Shown here piece after piece: positions 11,186 to 25,864 of a DNA stretch of 64,000 bases. Where the stretch lies: the NCBI GenBank assembly GCA_963801605.1, contig CAWDFP010000007.1:256001-320000 (forward strand), given 5' to 3'. Source of the stretch: an uncultured candidate division Zixibacteria bacterium (GTDB lineage: Bacteria; Zixibacteria; MSB-5A5; UBA10806). The notes below the pieces were generated by a model that saw only the letters and a list, made by a program, of their open reading frames with translations, did not search any database and was not told the DNA's origin. A program made the translations under genes and the position numbers. Positions within the stretch are counted from its first letter, which is position 1. Each line of letters starts with the position of its first letter.

Positions 11186-12538
11186 TCAGTCGCCGGTCGT
11201 CATATAGCGATGCGGAATTTCGATAAAGCCGGTATCCATCATGGTACGGGTCAGACCGCGGGCGCGGGATATCCGCTCAGCGGCGCTCTTGAAAAGCTCT
11301 TCCTTGGATAGTATCTTCCTGGCTATTCCCTGTTCAATCGCCTTAAGTCCGACAGCCACTGCCTCGCGCGGGAATACTTGCCAATCATCCATAGTTGGCA
11401 GAATATGAGTTTCGGACAAACCATCATCGACCGCCAATTGCGCCAGGGCATACGCCGCGGCGATACACATTTCATCCGTGATCGTCTTGGCTTGAACGTC
11501 GAGCGTACCGCGGAAAATACCCGGGAAACCGAGCGAATTGTTTACCTGATTGGGGAAATCGGAACGGCCCGTCGCTACTACGCGGGCGCCGGCCTCTTTA
11601 GCCTCCCATGGCCATATTTCCGGCGTAGGATTGGCGCAGACAAAAACGATGGCGTTCTTCGCCATGGTCGCGACCCATTCCTTCTTGATGATACCCGGTC
11701 CGGGAGTCGAAAGCGCGATGACGGCATCGGCATCCTTCATCGCTTCGGGAACGCCACCTTTGACCTGATGCTCATTGGTGATCTCGCACATTTCCCATTT
11801 CTCTTTGTATTCTTTCTGGAGTTCGGTTCTATCGTGATTTAAGGTGCCTTTGGAATCGGTCATGATGATATTCTTGGGAATGACTCCGGCCGCAATGAGC
11901 AGCTTGGCAATTCGGTAGTTCGAGGCGCCGGCCCCGACCATGGCGACTTTGACCTTATCAATCTTCTTATCAACAACTCGCAGAGCATTGATGAAGCCCG
12001 CCACGGTTACGGTCGCAGTCCCCTGCTGGTCATCATGCCAGACCGGGATACGAGCTTTCTTGCGAAGCTCATCCAGGATGCGGAAACATTTGGGCTGGGC
12101 AATATCCTCAAGATTGATGCCGCCGAATGCCGGTTGCAGCAACAGCACTGTTTCGATGATCTTGTCGGGGTCCTTGGTATCGAGCGCAATCGGGAATACA
12201 TCGATGCCGCCGAGGTATTTGAAAAGCAGCGCCTTGCCTTCCATAACAGGCAGGCTGGCTTCGGGACCAATATCGCCCAATCCGAGAACGCGGGTGCCAT
12301 CGGTAATTACGGCAATGAGGTTACCTTTGTTGGTATGTTCCCAGACGGTTTCCGGGTTTTTGTTGATATCGAGACAGGGCTTGGCAACACCGGGAGTGTA
12401 CCAGATGGCAAAATCCTGGAAGTCGCGGATACAGCATTTGGGCACAACCTCGATTTTCCCCTTGTAGAAGGGATGAAGTTTCATGGCTTCGACGCCGGGT
12501 TGATCGGCTTTGGCTAACATTTGATCTTTTTTGTCCAT
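11186..12538 (-). CDS. NAD(P)-dependent malic enzyme (no PTA domain)
   Basis: YTPGVA, TDGTRVLGLGDIG, LPVMEGK, INLEDI, HDDQQGTA, GAGAS, TGRSDFPNQVNN. Confidence 0.95.
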   Translation of the reverse strand: MDKKDQMLAKADQPGVEAMKLHPFYKGKIEVVPKCCIRDFQDFAIWYTPGVAKPCLDINKNPETVWEHTNKGNLIAVITDGTRVLGLGDIGPEASLPVMEGKALLFKYLGGIDVFPIALDTKDPDKIIETVLLLQPAFGGINLEDIAQPKCFRILDELRKKARIPVWHDDQQGTATVTVAGFINALRVVDKKIDKVKVAMVGAGASNYRIAKLLIAAGVIPKNIIMTDSKGTLNHDRTELQKEYKEKWEMCEITNEHQVKGGVPEAMKDADAVIALSTPGPGIIKKEWVATMAKNAIVFVCANPTPEIWPWEAKEAGARVVATGRSDFPNQVNNSLGFPGIFRGTLDVQAKTITDEMCIAAAYALAQLAVDDGLSETHILPTMDDWQVFPREAVAVGLKAIEQGIARKILSKEELFKSAAERISRARGLTRTMMDTGFIEIPHRYMTTGD

Positions 12539-12964
12539 CTATCCTACCTCTCTCAAGATATGAATAACTTTTCAAAGCACCAAATAGCACACACAAGGCT
12601 TGAATAATACATCAGGAAAACCGGGAAAGCAATGCAAATATGGAGGATTGAGGCACGAGGGCCAATGCCGGATTTTGAGGGAATTATAAAGTTTGCTGAA
12701 AATCTTTAAAGTCAAATTACTTGATTAGATGCTCTGGCGTTTCGAAATATTTAAAAACTTGGCGCACTTATAAGATGTCGGATCATCTGCCCATGTGGAA
12801 TGAGTTAAAAATTGATTTCAGCAAGGATTATCTGAAAAACAAAATTTAATTAGGGAGATAAATCATCTTTAAATATTCCCTTCCCTTGATGGCACTTTAT
12901 CCTTATTTTGCTGGTTAAATATTTATCAGGTATTAACGGGAAAATATTTAAAATGGCAGGCGAA

Positions 12965-13975
12965 ATGAATCTACGATTCTTAGGCAACAGTGGTGTCAAG
13001 GTTTCCGAACTTTGTTTCGGCACCATGACTTTCGGTGGACAAGGAACCTGGGAAACGATCGGTAAAGTCGATCAAACAGGAGCCGACATGCTGGTTGGTT
13101 TATGCCTTGATGGTGGCATTAACTTTTTCGATACTGCGGATGTTTACTCACAGGGAAAGGCCGAGGAATTGCTTGGCAAAGCTCTCGGCAGTAGACGCAA
13201 GGACATTATTCTCGCTACCAAAGTGCGCGGCAGAATGGGTCCTGGCCCGAACGATGTCGGCCTGTCGCGGCATCATATTATCGAGGCTTGTAATGCCAGT
13301 CTGCGACGCCTGGGAACTGATTATATCGACCTTTACCAGGTTCATAGCTTTGACCCCGTCACGCCTCTCGAGGAAACACTCGATGCCCTTAACGACCTGG
13401 TACATCAGGGAAAAGTACGTTATATCGGAGTCTCCAATTATACCGGCTGGCAGTTAATGAAAGCTCTTTCGATTTCGGATAATAATGCCTGGGCGCGCTT
13501 CATTACCCTGCAAGCTTACTACTCTCTCGTCTGCCGCGACCTGGAGCTGGAACTCGTGCCATTAACTCAGGATCAACGCCTCGGCATCCTCCCCTGGAGC
13601 CCGTTGGCCGGCGGATTTCTTACCGGCAAATATAGACGAGGCCAGAAGCCTCCGGAGGGCGCCAGAAGAAGCACATCGGAAAACGTATTCTTGAAATTTG
13701 ACGAGAACAAGGGATACGCCATAATTGACGAGCTTGAAAAGATCGCCCAGGCCCATAATACATCGATAACTCAGGCATCGCTAAATTATCTTCTCCGCAA
13801 GCCGGGAGTCAGTTCTGTGATTATCGGGGCGAGAAATATCGAACAATTAGCCGACAATCTTAAAACCGTAGATTGGGAGATGACATCCGAAGAAGTTGCC
13901 CGTTTGGATGAACTCAGCGCGCCCCCCAGAATATATCCATATTGGTTTTTAACAGCCAACCGTCAAACCAGGTAG
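12965..13975 (+). CDS. Aldo/keto reductase
   Basis: LCFGTMTFG, FFDTADVY, SLRRLGTDYIDLYQVH, GKVRYIGVSN, WSPLAGG. Confidence 0.95.
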   Translation: MNLRFLGNSGVKVSELCFGTMTFGGQGTWETIGKVDQTGADMLVGLCLDGGINFFDTADVYSQGKAEELLGKALGSRRKDIILATKVRGRMGPGPNDVGLSRHHIIEACNASLRRLGTDYIDLYQVHSFDPVTPLEETLDALNDLVHQGKVRYIGVSNYTGWQLMKALSISDNNAWARFITLQAYYSLVCRDLELELVPLTQDQRLGILPWSPLAGGFLTGKYRRGQKPPEGARRSTSENVFLKFDENKGYAIIDELEKIAQAHNTSITQASLNYLLRKPGVSSVIIGARNIEQLADNLKTVDWEMTSEEVARLDELSAPPRIYPYWFLTANRQTR

Positions 13976-14045
13976 CGAACGTTTGACCTTATGAAAAATT
14001 AAGCGCGTTTAGAACCGATATATCTTTCTACTATTTTGACTGTTC

Positions 14046-15151
14046 TTATTTTTCCGGGGTTTTTACTTTTATTAGGTCGGGCGATCTTTCCGTTCCCATC
14101 AGCATTCCAATCGGCTTGAGCGGTTCGATATGATCAAAAATGATCTTGATTGCGGCCGTTATCGGCACCGCCAGGACAATACCGATCCCGCCCCAGATCC
14201 ATCCCCAGTAGGTTAGCGAAATGAGCGACGTCACCGCATTCAGATCTACCGATGTTGTGGTCAGCTTGGGAGTGATATAGTTTCCCTCAATCGCCTGCAA
14301 CACCAGAAAAAAGAGCGCCACATAAACCATTTGGATGACAGAATTATGCTGAATGCCCGTCACAATTATCGGAGCTACTGCCCCCAGGACTGAACCAATA
14401 TATGGAATTACATTGAGAAGCCCCGCTAACGGCCCCCAGATATAGGCATATTGTACATCGAGTATCAAAAGCCCGATCGTGGTCGCGATAGACAGCCCCA
14501 CAAATACGTAAAATCTTACCTGAAGATATCCCTTAATCTGCGAATTGATTTCCTGAATTATCTTATCGGTTTCCTCAACATGCTCTCCGCCGAAAACCAG
14601 GCGAAATTTCCTCTTAAAAAGATCGGATTCCAATAGCATGAATAATACCAGCGAAAATATAACGATGAGGCTCAGAATAAAGGCCGTAATGGAACTCACG
14701 CCTCTTAACAGAAATCCGCCGACCGATTGCACCTTATCAGCATCTACCGACATATTATTCTGGCTTTTCAGAAATGACGGCAACTTGTCGATCAAATTCT
14801 TTATGGCATTATTCCAGTTCTGTATTTCGGATATAATTTTCTCCTGATATTGAGGCAATGTTGACGCCAAATCCGAAATTTCGCCGATCAATAGAGCCGC
14901 CAGAAGGACAAATATTCCCACTACCGCTATCATCACGACCAGAACCGCCAGCCAGTGAGGCATCTTAAGCTTCTTCAGCAGATTCACTACCGGTAAAAGC
15001 AGATATGTCAGCGTCGCGGCTAATACGATTGGTATCAGCACCGGTCCCGCAAAATAGAAGAACGCCGTCCCCGCCGCTATCACCAGAATCGGCATGGTGA
15101 TAGTTTGCAAAGCCAGCTCTTTGGCCTCTGTTTTTTCAAGCTCGTCCATAA

Positions 15152-15155
<4 letters not shown>
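14046..15155 (-). CDS. AI-2E (PerM) family transporter
   Basis: Multi-TM; YLLLP, NVIPYIG, QAIEGNYITPKL, WGWIWGGIGIVLAVP. Confidence 0.9.
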
Positions 15156-17613
<2,458 letters not shown>

Positions 17614-17615
17614 TT

Positions 17616-17644
17616 ATAATATCATCATATCATTTTGATGTCAA
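17616..17644 (-). promoter_or_regulatory. sigma70-type promoter, probably leaderless ligA transcript
   Basis: TTGACA-17nt-TATTAT, 7 nt upstream of the ATG at 17608, no SD. Confidence 0.65.
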
Positions 17645-17707
17645 TTTTATCAAATAGCTTAATTATATTAAAATTGCCATCGAAAAGTCCCAACGGCCGA
17701 TTTTAAC

Positions 17708-18743
17708 TTATTTTTTACGCTTCAATTTCAAATAGTAACTCTTTAAAGATTCATTAGATCGAGAATGCAGTCGCGCCATAGCCGTCAAATGAATCACATC
17801 TTTTCGAGATATTTTCACCGGAGGTCCAACCATAGTCTGCACCGGATTGGCGGCAACTAACGTCAGCGTTTCCCGCGCCAAAAATACTGGCACCGTTAAA
17901 AACATTCTCACGCCCTTCAATCGTTCAGGTAATAAAACTGTATAAGAGATAGCATCGTCAAGATGCTGCCCGGCATTTGCCGCTAAATCACCGACAAATG
18001 CGCTTAACGCTTTCTTTTGCCTGCCATCGCTAAGCGATGATGGCGTAAGACTGTGCTTCTCCATCAAATCTTTTGGCAGGAAAACGACCCCTCTGGCCAT
18101 ATCGCCAGGAACATCCTTAATGGTATTAACCTTCTGCAAACCGAGACCAAATGAGTCGCACAAACGCATCATTTCAAGAGCAATATTCTTTTCCGGGCCA
18201 TATTGAGATATAAATAGATCGGTTAACATTCTTCCAACTGTCCCGGCGACATAATAGCAGTAGCGATCCCACTGGGCGACTGAATCAAGTGCTACTATCC
18301 GGCCCTCCCCAGGCGCCGTAATTTCCGAAAACTCGGCCATCCCGCCGGCCATCACCCCCGCCCAATGATAGATAATGCGCCTCTTATCAAGAGGAAGCTC
18401 TTTCAGTACCTCGAATAATTCCTGGCTTTTGGTTAAAAGCCGATGATCATCTCCTCGCGAGGGAATCAACTGCCAAAAAAAGCGGGGCAATCTCATCTGG
18501 TGCAATTGAATCCCCTTCAGCGCCGGCCATAAGCAGTCTCTTTAAATGCATCAAACGAGCCTGCTTTTCATCAGGTGCAATAAATGGCGAATCCTCGATT
18601 GTGTCGGCTACCCGGCAAAGCAGGTAGGCGGTAAAGACCGTATGCCGAAGCTCCACCGGAAGGAATTTTATCGCCAGGGCAAAAGTCCGGCTTACCCTGG
18701 GGATAAACTCATTGACAAAATGCTCATTTTCCTTTTTAGCCAT
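17708..18743 (-). CDS. Squalene/phytoene synthase family (squalene synthase-like); frameshift near 18460
   Basis: VSRTFALAI, YLLCRVADTIED, GMAEF, YCYYVAGTVG, FGLGLQKVNTIKD, VKISR. Confidence 0.88.
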
Positions 18744-18856
18744 TGCATTAATTTATCAAGATGATGCCGATAAATCCATAGTTAATAATGATGAATAATC
18801 AACGATTCGCTCTTAATCAAAGAGCTTTCGGGAGGCCCCTATTCGAGATATCTCAA

Positions 18857-19390
18857 CTAGTTATTATCGTCGATAACAGTAATTTCCATCTCCAGTCCAT
18901 GATCGAAAACATAAACATCAGAGGGATACTTCAATACCCTCAATATAAACCAGAAATCGCCGCCGGCACCCGAAATCCCTATTACGAATATAATGGCCGA
19001 AATGAATTTCAGGTCAGCAGATTGAAATACTGTATGGCCGGCCAATCCGATAACCCCCAGGACAATCGCCGGGGCTAAGGCATAAATTATATAGTGCTTA
19101 CGAAGCAACGGCCCTTGTAAACGGCATTCCCAGGTTAGCAGTCTAATTTTCAATCTCGCCTTGGCATTCCGGGAAAATAGGTTAGCCGCGAGCATATGTA
19201 TTCCTTCATGGGCAAACATCAAAATAATTGCCAGGATAATTAAAAATATTAATCCTCCTCCCCTGGCCCAGGCTGGTACATCTGTTTGCCATAGACCCTT
19301 ATAAACTAAAAGATAAAGTACAATCGCAATTACCAGTGCAACCACATTAACCAATATTGGATTAGCTTTGATTTCGCCGATCTTTTTCAT
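18857..19390 (-). CDS. Membrane zincin-like protein (DUF3267-like)
   Basis: TM helices, HEGIH, LAP, GAGGD. Confidence 0.7.
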   Translation of the reverse strand: MKKIGEIKANPILVNVVALVIAIVLYLLVYKGLWQTDVPAWARGGGLIFLIILAIILMFAHEGIHMLAANLFSRNAKARLKIRLLTWECRLQGPLLRKHYIIYALAPAIVLGVIGLAGHTVFQSADLKFISAIIFVIGISGAGGDFWFILRVLKYPSDVYVFDHGLEMEITVIDDNN

Positions 19391-19523
19391 GATTTGCCAA
19401 ATATTCTCGTGGTTAATTTCATGATTAGTTTACTCTACAAACGGCATGGTAGAAGGGAATGGCGTCAGGAAACTCTTCCCGACGCCAAAATAATACTAAA
19501 ATCGGTTTGAAACCGATATCTCG

Positions 19524-20996
19524 TTAAGATTTTGAGGCAGGCGCAGTCTGAGGTACCGGAATCGCCTTCCAAATTCTCATCGCCAGATAAAATCCTAAAA
19601 GAGTAAACGGCACCAAAAAGACCGGCCACCAACCCCAATTGTGGGTCGTGATAAATCCAAGCGACAGCGACTGAACGCCGGTCCCCAGATAGACAAATCC
19701 ATCGATCAGCCCGACTGCTGTCCCTGCGCCGCGGCGGCCTCCAAAATCCATGGTCGATGTACCCGAGAGAACACCGTGAGTCCCGATCACGCAGAATGAC
19801 ATCGCCACGGCCGCAATGGCGAGAATTGTTTGGTCACCCATAACCACGAAAATCATTGTCAGAACGCAAAAGAACATGGCGCCATATAAAATCGCCGCCA
19901 CAGGTCCCCGTCTCGATTTGAATAGCCAATCCGAAATCGTTCCGGCAAACATACCGCCGAAAACTCCGGCCAGCATCAGGAGAAGTCCCCAGTTGGCTAC
20001 CATAAATGAATCGCTGGGCGCTTTTATGAAATCTTTTAGGAATATTGGATACCAGTGCATGACTCCGTTGCGAAGAACTCCGGTGCAAAATTCGATGAAA
20101 GCGATTGTTAAGAGAATTTTATTGGTCAATACCTTTTTCAGGATATCCATGAGCTTTATCGGTTTATCTTCGTCGCCGGAGGTGGCATCAGCAGTATATA
20201 TATTGGGGAAACCGGCGCCGCTTGGCATATCCCGAATAATAAGGAAATCAAGAATCGCAAAAATTACCAGAATTCCCGCCGGTACGAAAAAAACCATCCA
20301 GGTTTGATCTATCGGAGTTCCGGCCGATCCCAGCAAACCTCGCAAGAGTGTCTGAATCCAATTGAGATTAACATCCACAACGGCCTTGGTGGCATTGACT
20401 ACTGCCAGACCCCAATCAAACGCAAAAAACAGCCCTAATGAGATCAGGATTCCAAATATCCCTCCAAATGTGCCGCGTTCACGGACATGAAACCAGCCGG
20501 CATTGACCTTGACGATTGCAACTGCGCCAAAGCTCTGGAAATACATATTAAGAGCATATAGCAGCACAAACCAGAATGTAAGATTAACATTCCATTGTTT
20601 TGCCAATTGCCCGTATACCAGGAATCCCATGGCTACATTGGCCAGAGCTGCTCCCAGTGCCGAAACAATAATTGCTCTTTTGCCGCCAAATTTATCGGTT
20701 AGGGGACCGTTGATCAAAAATGAGATGGCATATACAAAAGCTCCGACTCCAAAGATCGTCCCAAAGCTTTCTTTGGACATCAGGCTGCCCAAAGCGTTTT
20801 TCGAAACCGTCAAATTATAACGCGCCATGTAAAGAAATGCGTAAGTAAAACCCAGAGGCAGCCAGTTAATGGCCCGCCGCGTTTTATAGGCGACAGAATG
20901 CTCTACTGCGGGATTCTGCCTGAATATATCCATTAGGATATAAGCCAATACGATGAAAAAAGGCAGATACGATAAAAAGGCGACCAAAAAATTCAT
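19524..20996 (-). CDS. MFS transporter, GlpT/OPA (organophosphate:Pi antiporter)-like
   Basis: YAFLYMARYN, NGPLTDKFG, WFHVRERG, GTISDWLFKSRR, AGTAVGLIDGFVYLG. Confidence 0.85.
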   Translation of the reverse strand: MNFLVAFLSYLPFFIVLAYILMDIFRQNPAVEHSVAYKTRRAINWLPLGFTYAFLYMARYNLTVSKNALGSLMSKESFGTIFGVGAFVYAISFLINGPLTDKFGGKRAIIVSALGAALANVAMGFLVYGQLAKQWNVNLTFWFVLLYALNMYFQSFGAVAIVKVNAGWFHVRERGTFGGIFGILISLGLFFAFDWGLAVVNATKAVVDVNLNWIQTLLRGLLGSAGTPIDQTWMVFFVPAGILVIFAILDFLIIRDMPSGAGFPNIYTADATSGDEDKPIKLMDILKKVLTNKILLTIAFIEFCTGVLRNGVMHWYPIFLKDFIKAPSDSFMVANWGLLLMLAGVFGGMFAGTISDWLFKSRRGPVAAILYGAMFFCVLTMIFVVMGDQTILAIAAVAMSFCVIGTHGVLSGTSTMDFGGRRGAGTAVGLIDGFVYLGTGVQSLSLGFITTHNWGWWPVFLVPFTLLGFYLAMRIWKAIPVPQTAPASKS

Positions 20997-21505
20997 AAGA
21001 TCCTCCGGGCGCAATGGGCTTCACATGTCCCGTTTATGCTATCAGCGATTAGGCTGGTGAATTTGTAAAAGAAATAAATATTCAATCCGCTAATTTGATA
21101 TCGTTTGACTAATTTGGCCCCCGATGAATTCTCTTGATTGGCAAGCCTATAGGGCTTGAAGGAATCATTTTGCATAACAAATTAATATACCCTGACTATA
21201 AAGGAGTTTCAAGCGAAAATAGATTTGATATTCTGACTTTTAAATATCTCTTGACTTAATCCGCTATTCTCTTTTCTTATATAAGGGATATAGGCCGTTC
21301 ATTTTGTTTATCATTTAGTATTCAAAGTCTACCTGAATTGGACCGGTTGTTGAACCTGTTGACCAAATACCTCTGTTCTTCGGTAAAAAACGCAAGCTGC
21401 ATTTCGTATTAAAGCAGAATTTAGGTCCGGATTATTTATGTAATCCGAAAAATATGATTATTTACAGCTTATTTCTTTCTTGCAACGGGAGCTAAGGAGT
21501 TGACT

Positions 21506-24500
21506 ATGAAAAACGTTAAGATTTTGTTATTGGTGATAGTTATGGCAGCTGGAGTTCGGGCTGCGACGCCGGGTGGGTCTACTCCAACCCCAAAGGTACT
21601 GGATAACGTTTTATTTGAGGATTTCGAAAATCCGTCGGGTTGGAACGGCGCTAATCCGGCAACGGGCTGGACTGTCATCGATAATGGCCAGGCTGACGGC
21701 GCCTGGGACAGCTATGATTGGTCAAAGTACTCAGCCTGGGGCGGAGGTACTGCCAGGGTGAGCGGGGCGTCTGCCAACCGCTATAACAACGATTGGCTCA
21801 TCTCCCCCGCCGTTGATTTTAGCTCCTCAACCGCTTGCACCCTCTCCTATCGTCACTATTATGATGATTATCTCACTCAGGATGCTGACTCCGCACTGGT
21901 GCTCCTTTCAAACGATAATGGTTCAACCTGGGGCGACACCGTTATGGTATACGCGGGCGCCGATTACGGCAGTGATTCAGTCCCCGATAGCGAATATTTT
22001 AATATTTCGTCATTTGCGGCCGGATATAGCCAGGTTGTAGTCGCATTTCAATATGTCAAACGCCAGGCTGTTGTGACCGGCTCCTGGCGTATTGATGATG
22101 TTAATCTGCGCGCCGATGGCGCTTCCCTATTAATTCAGAATTTCGACTCCGGCTGGGGCCCCTATGGCGACAATCCTCCCGCCAATTGGACGCTTCTCGA
22201 TATCCATGTGGTTAAATGGGATGATAACGATTGGCATCAGGCTAACGTAGCTAACTGGGGGAATATCGCCGATGTCTTCTGGTCTCCTATAGAGCAACAA
22301 AATGAATTTCTTATCAGCCCGGTCGTAGATTTATCCGTGGGTACCATTGATATCCACTTGACGCTCAAACAATGGTACGACGACCAGGCCGGCAACACCG
22401 ATACGGCTTTTATCCTTGGCTCTATCAATGGTGGCAGTACCTGGCCGGAGACTCTCGCCGTTTATGCCGGTTCCGATCGGGGTTCGCTTTCCACTCCAGC
22501 TTACGATACCCTTGAAATGACGAACTGGGCCAATTACGAATCCAACATTAAAATAGGTTTCAAATATGTAGGCAACAACAATGGCCGCTGGTATATCGAT
22601 AGCGTCGGAGTGGATCGAATCGATATGTATACCAACGATGTCAAAGTCGATTCCATCACTAAACCGCCTGAAGTCACAATCACAGGCTATTACTGGCCAA
22701 TCTCGGCGGTCGTGCAGAATGTAGGAGTCTATACCAACACTTTTGAAGTTGTTTATCAGATATTCGATTCCACAGAGGCTCTCGTATATGCGGATTCTCA
22801 ATCGGTAACCGGCTTAACAAGCCTTGAAAGACGGACAATAAACTTTAATCCCTGGCATGCCGCTGAATCAAATTCCCATTCTATTAAATGTTTTACTCGA
22901 ATGTTTATCGATCTGGACCACGCCAACGATACTCTGCTGGCCAATACCATGACTTATCCTCATATCGGCCATGCCGGACCGGCTGAGGGTTGGTCCTACA
23001 ATGATAATATCACCGGCGATGGACCTCTCTTTAACTGGGTTGATATCCGCAGCATTGGAACTGAAATAAACTTTTCCGATCCTGACAACGCCAATTCCGG
23101 CATGATTGATATGGGCATTAATTTTAGCTATTTTGGACAGACTTATTCAAGGATCGCCGTTTCTACCGATGGCTGGTTATCGTTCGAGGATTCGCTTGGT
23201 ATCGATCACACCCCATCCGCCATCCCCGATCCCGATGGCCCTCAGGCGATGATAGCGCTCCTCTGGAATGATCTCCATCTGCGAACCGGCCATGCTTACT
23301 ATCATCAGGATCCCGTTTTATACAGATTCATTGTGCAATTTGATAGCGTTGAGTATGCCGATATCCCCGGCTCGGATATTGGTATGGAGATCATATTCGA
23401 CGCTCCCGCCAATTCAATCAAAATGCAGTATAGCTATTTCGCTGACGGTTCGAATTCTGATGTCTCTATCGGACTTGAAAATCAAGCCCAGGATATCGGC
23501 CTCTCCTATAGTAATGGAGAAATCGGACAATCCCCACAACCGGGTTTGGCGATTACCTATACTTATCTTCCGCCGCATGATGTCAAAGCGCTGGCTATCG
23601 ATCAGCCTGTAGATTTGGTGCGCAATGGCGGGAATTTCGACATCGTTGCCAGAATCCAAAACGTTGGAGCCAACTCCGAAAGTTTCGAGGTTACCGCCAG
23701 CGATAATCATGGTTTTAGTAACACTCAAATCGTCAGCGATCTGGCATCGCTGGCTACCGATACTGTCACGTTCTCCGATTGGCCGATTTCCAGCGAATGT
23801 GAAACATACGCTTTAAGGGTATTCTGCAACCTGGGCGAGGATTCCAATCGTTCCAACGATACCGTTCAAACTCAAATTTATGCAATAGCTGCGGCCAACC
23901 TTTCCTATATTTATGATGACGGCGTTATCCTGGCCCGTGTCATTTCTAACGATACGACTGATGTAATTGCCGCCAAATTTAATAGCGCCTATGAGAATGC
24001 GACTCTCTCCGCAATATCTTATAAATTTCTAAATCAGGATGAGCTGCCTTATCCAACGGGACTTGATTCGGCCAAAGCTTGTATTTTCATCGATGCCGAT
24101 AATGACGGTCTTCCTGATGCCCAACCTATTTATAGCCACCGTCTGGAGGTCGCCAAAACCGGCTGGACAATCTGGGATATTGGTTGTGATACGAATTTGG
24201 TAATTAACTGTAAAAACATTTGGGCCGGATACTCAATCATAGATTCGCCGTATGCCGCTATCGGGGTTGATAGAAACCTCGAATTTCCGGATAATAAATG
24301 GGTTAGAGAGTACGGACAATGGCATCTTCTTGGTGATGCTTACGGAGATTACATGATCAGGGCTTATGTCCTGGCAGATACCTCTACTCAACCCCAGCTT
24401 GCCCTGGCCACCAGGAATATTATCGGAGCGGCCGCGCCTGAAAAGATTGATACTGTCGCATCCTATATTGAAAATATCGGAACCGGATGCGAGCTTGGCT

Positions 24501-25760
24501 ATCATGTCACCATCAATCAAACCAATCAGCGTATATTGGATGAGCCGACTCCCGATATACCTGTTATAACCAGGGAAAACGGGCAAATCGACATCATTAA
24601 TATTCATGATCCTTCCTATGGCAATAATTCGCCTGACCTTCCCCGCACTCTGGCCAACGGCGGTCCCGATAATTACGGTTATACCTGGGTTGATTCCAAT
24701 GATCCGCGCGGCCCTCTCTATCGTTGGATTGATATTTCGGCAATCGGAACTCCTGTCACTTGGAGTAATGGCGACAACGATGATGGCTTTACAAATCCAA
24801 TCCCGATGGGAATGACATTCAACTACTACGGCGCCAACTATGATAGCGTGGTGATTTCCTCCAATGGCTGGATTTCGTTCAGACCGGTTATCGATGATGG
24901 TTTCGCGCACTCGTCCAATGCCGGAATCCCAGCCCCAGGCGAATTTAATACCCTTCTCGCCGTGGAATGGGACAATCTGATTGCCGGCGTTGGCGGCAAC
25001 TGCTATCTTTATCATGATACCGCCGCTGGAGTTTTCATCATCTCATGGCTCAATTGGGCGCATGTGCCGGGTCAGACCGATACCCACAATTTCCAGGCAA
25101 TACTCGATGCCACTCGCGGGACAATCCTTTACCAGTATGGTTTGGGCACATATCCGTCAGATATGACTGTCGGCATTCAGAATTCGGACGGTGCCGATGG
25201 TTTGCAGGTAATTTACAATCAGCCCTATCTGACACAGGATTTGGCAGTCCTTTTCGAGCCGCCGATCTTCTGGCTTTCCACGGACCTGGCTAACGGAATT
25301 CTGCCGGCGGGCAGTGGACAATTTCCATTCAAGGTGTTTATGAACGCCTCCGGCTTGCCGGGTGGCGCTTACAACGGCTCCATAATTATCAGCAGCACCG
25401 ACATCCAGGAGCCGGTAGCCGTAATAAATGTTCAATTCGAGATTGAGGGCGTATGCTCTTATGTTGTTGGTGATGTCAATGGCTCAGGGGCAGGCAACGG
25501 CGTTGATGTGACCTTCATGGTCAGCTATTTCAAAGGCGGTAACACGCCACACGAGGAATGCCCGCCATGCGCAGAATCTGGGCGCCAACATGCTTTATCC
25601 TCAGGGTGATGTTAACGGCTCTTGCAGCTGGAACGGCCTCGATGTGACCTATTTCGTGAGCTATCTCAAAGGGACCGGCCCCGCGCTCCGCTTCTGTGCC
25701 GACTGCCCACCCGGCGCCAGGCTCCTGCCGCCCGCGCCTATCGAGGTGATATCAAAATAA
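21506..25760 (+). CDS. Large secreted multidomain protein (adhesin-like jelly-roll modules, CARDB-like Ig, nidogen-like modules, C-terminal dockerin-like domain); frameshift near 25574
   Basis: Signal peptide; WLISP/FLISP...WxID modules; two GPLxxWxDI...FGQ/YG modules; GDVNGSG...; shifted frame continues NMLYPQGDVNGSCSWNGLDVTYFVSYLKG...FCADCPP...ISK to stop at 25760. Confidence 0.75.
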
Positions 25761-25787
25761 AAGTGAGAATCAAATAGATGATTTTCA

Positions 25788-25819
25788 TAGCCGGGGACCC
25801 CTGCGGTCCCCGGTTTTTT
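25788..25819 (+). terminator. Intrinsic terminator / REP-like hairpin
   Basis: CCGGGGACC-CCTGC-GGTCCCCGG followed by T6; near-copy at 59403. Confidence 0.7.
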
Positions 25820-25864
25820 ATGTAGATTTCTTTAAGCGGCCAGTTTATCTGGCCACGATATTAT

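Noticed and set aside
11186..12538. Malic enzyme gene looks more GC-rich than its neighbours (possible transfer)
   Set aside because: Not quantified; codon bias of a highly expressed gene is sufficient and there are no mobility signs
24233..25015. Long antisense ORFs (this 260-aa one, also 28292-28987, 40098-40739 and similar)
   Set aside because: Shadow frames opposite well-supported genes with no recognisable motifs
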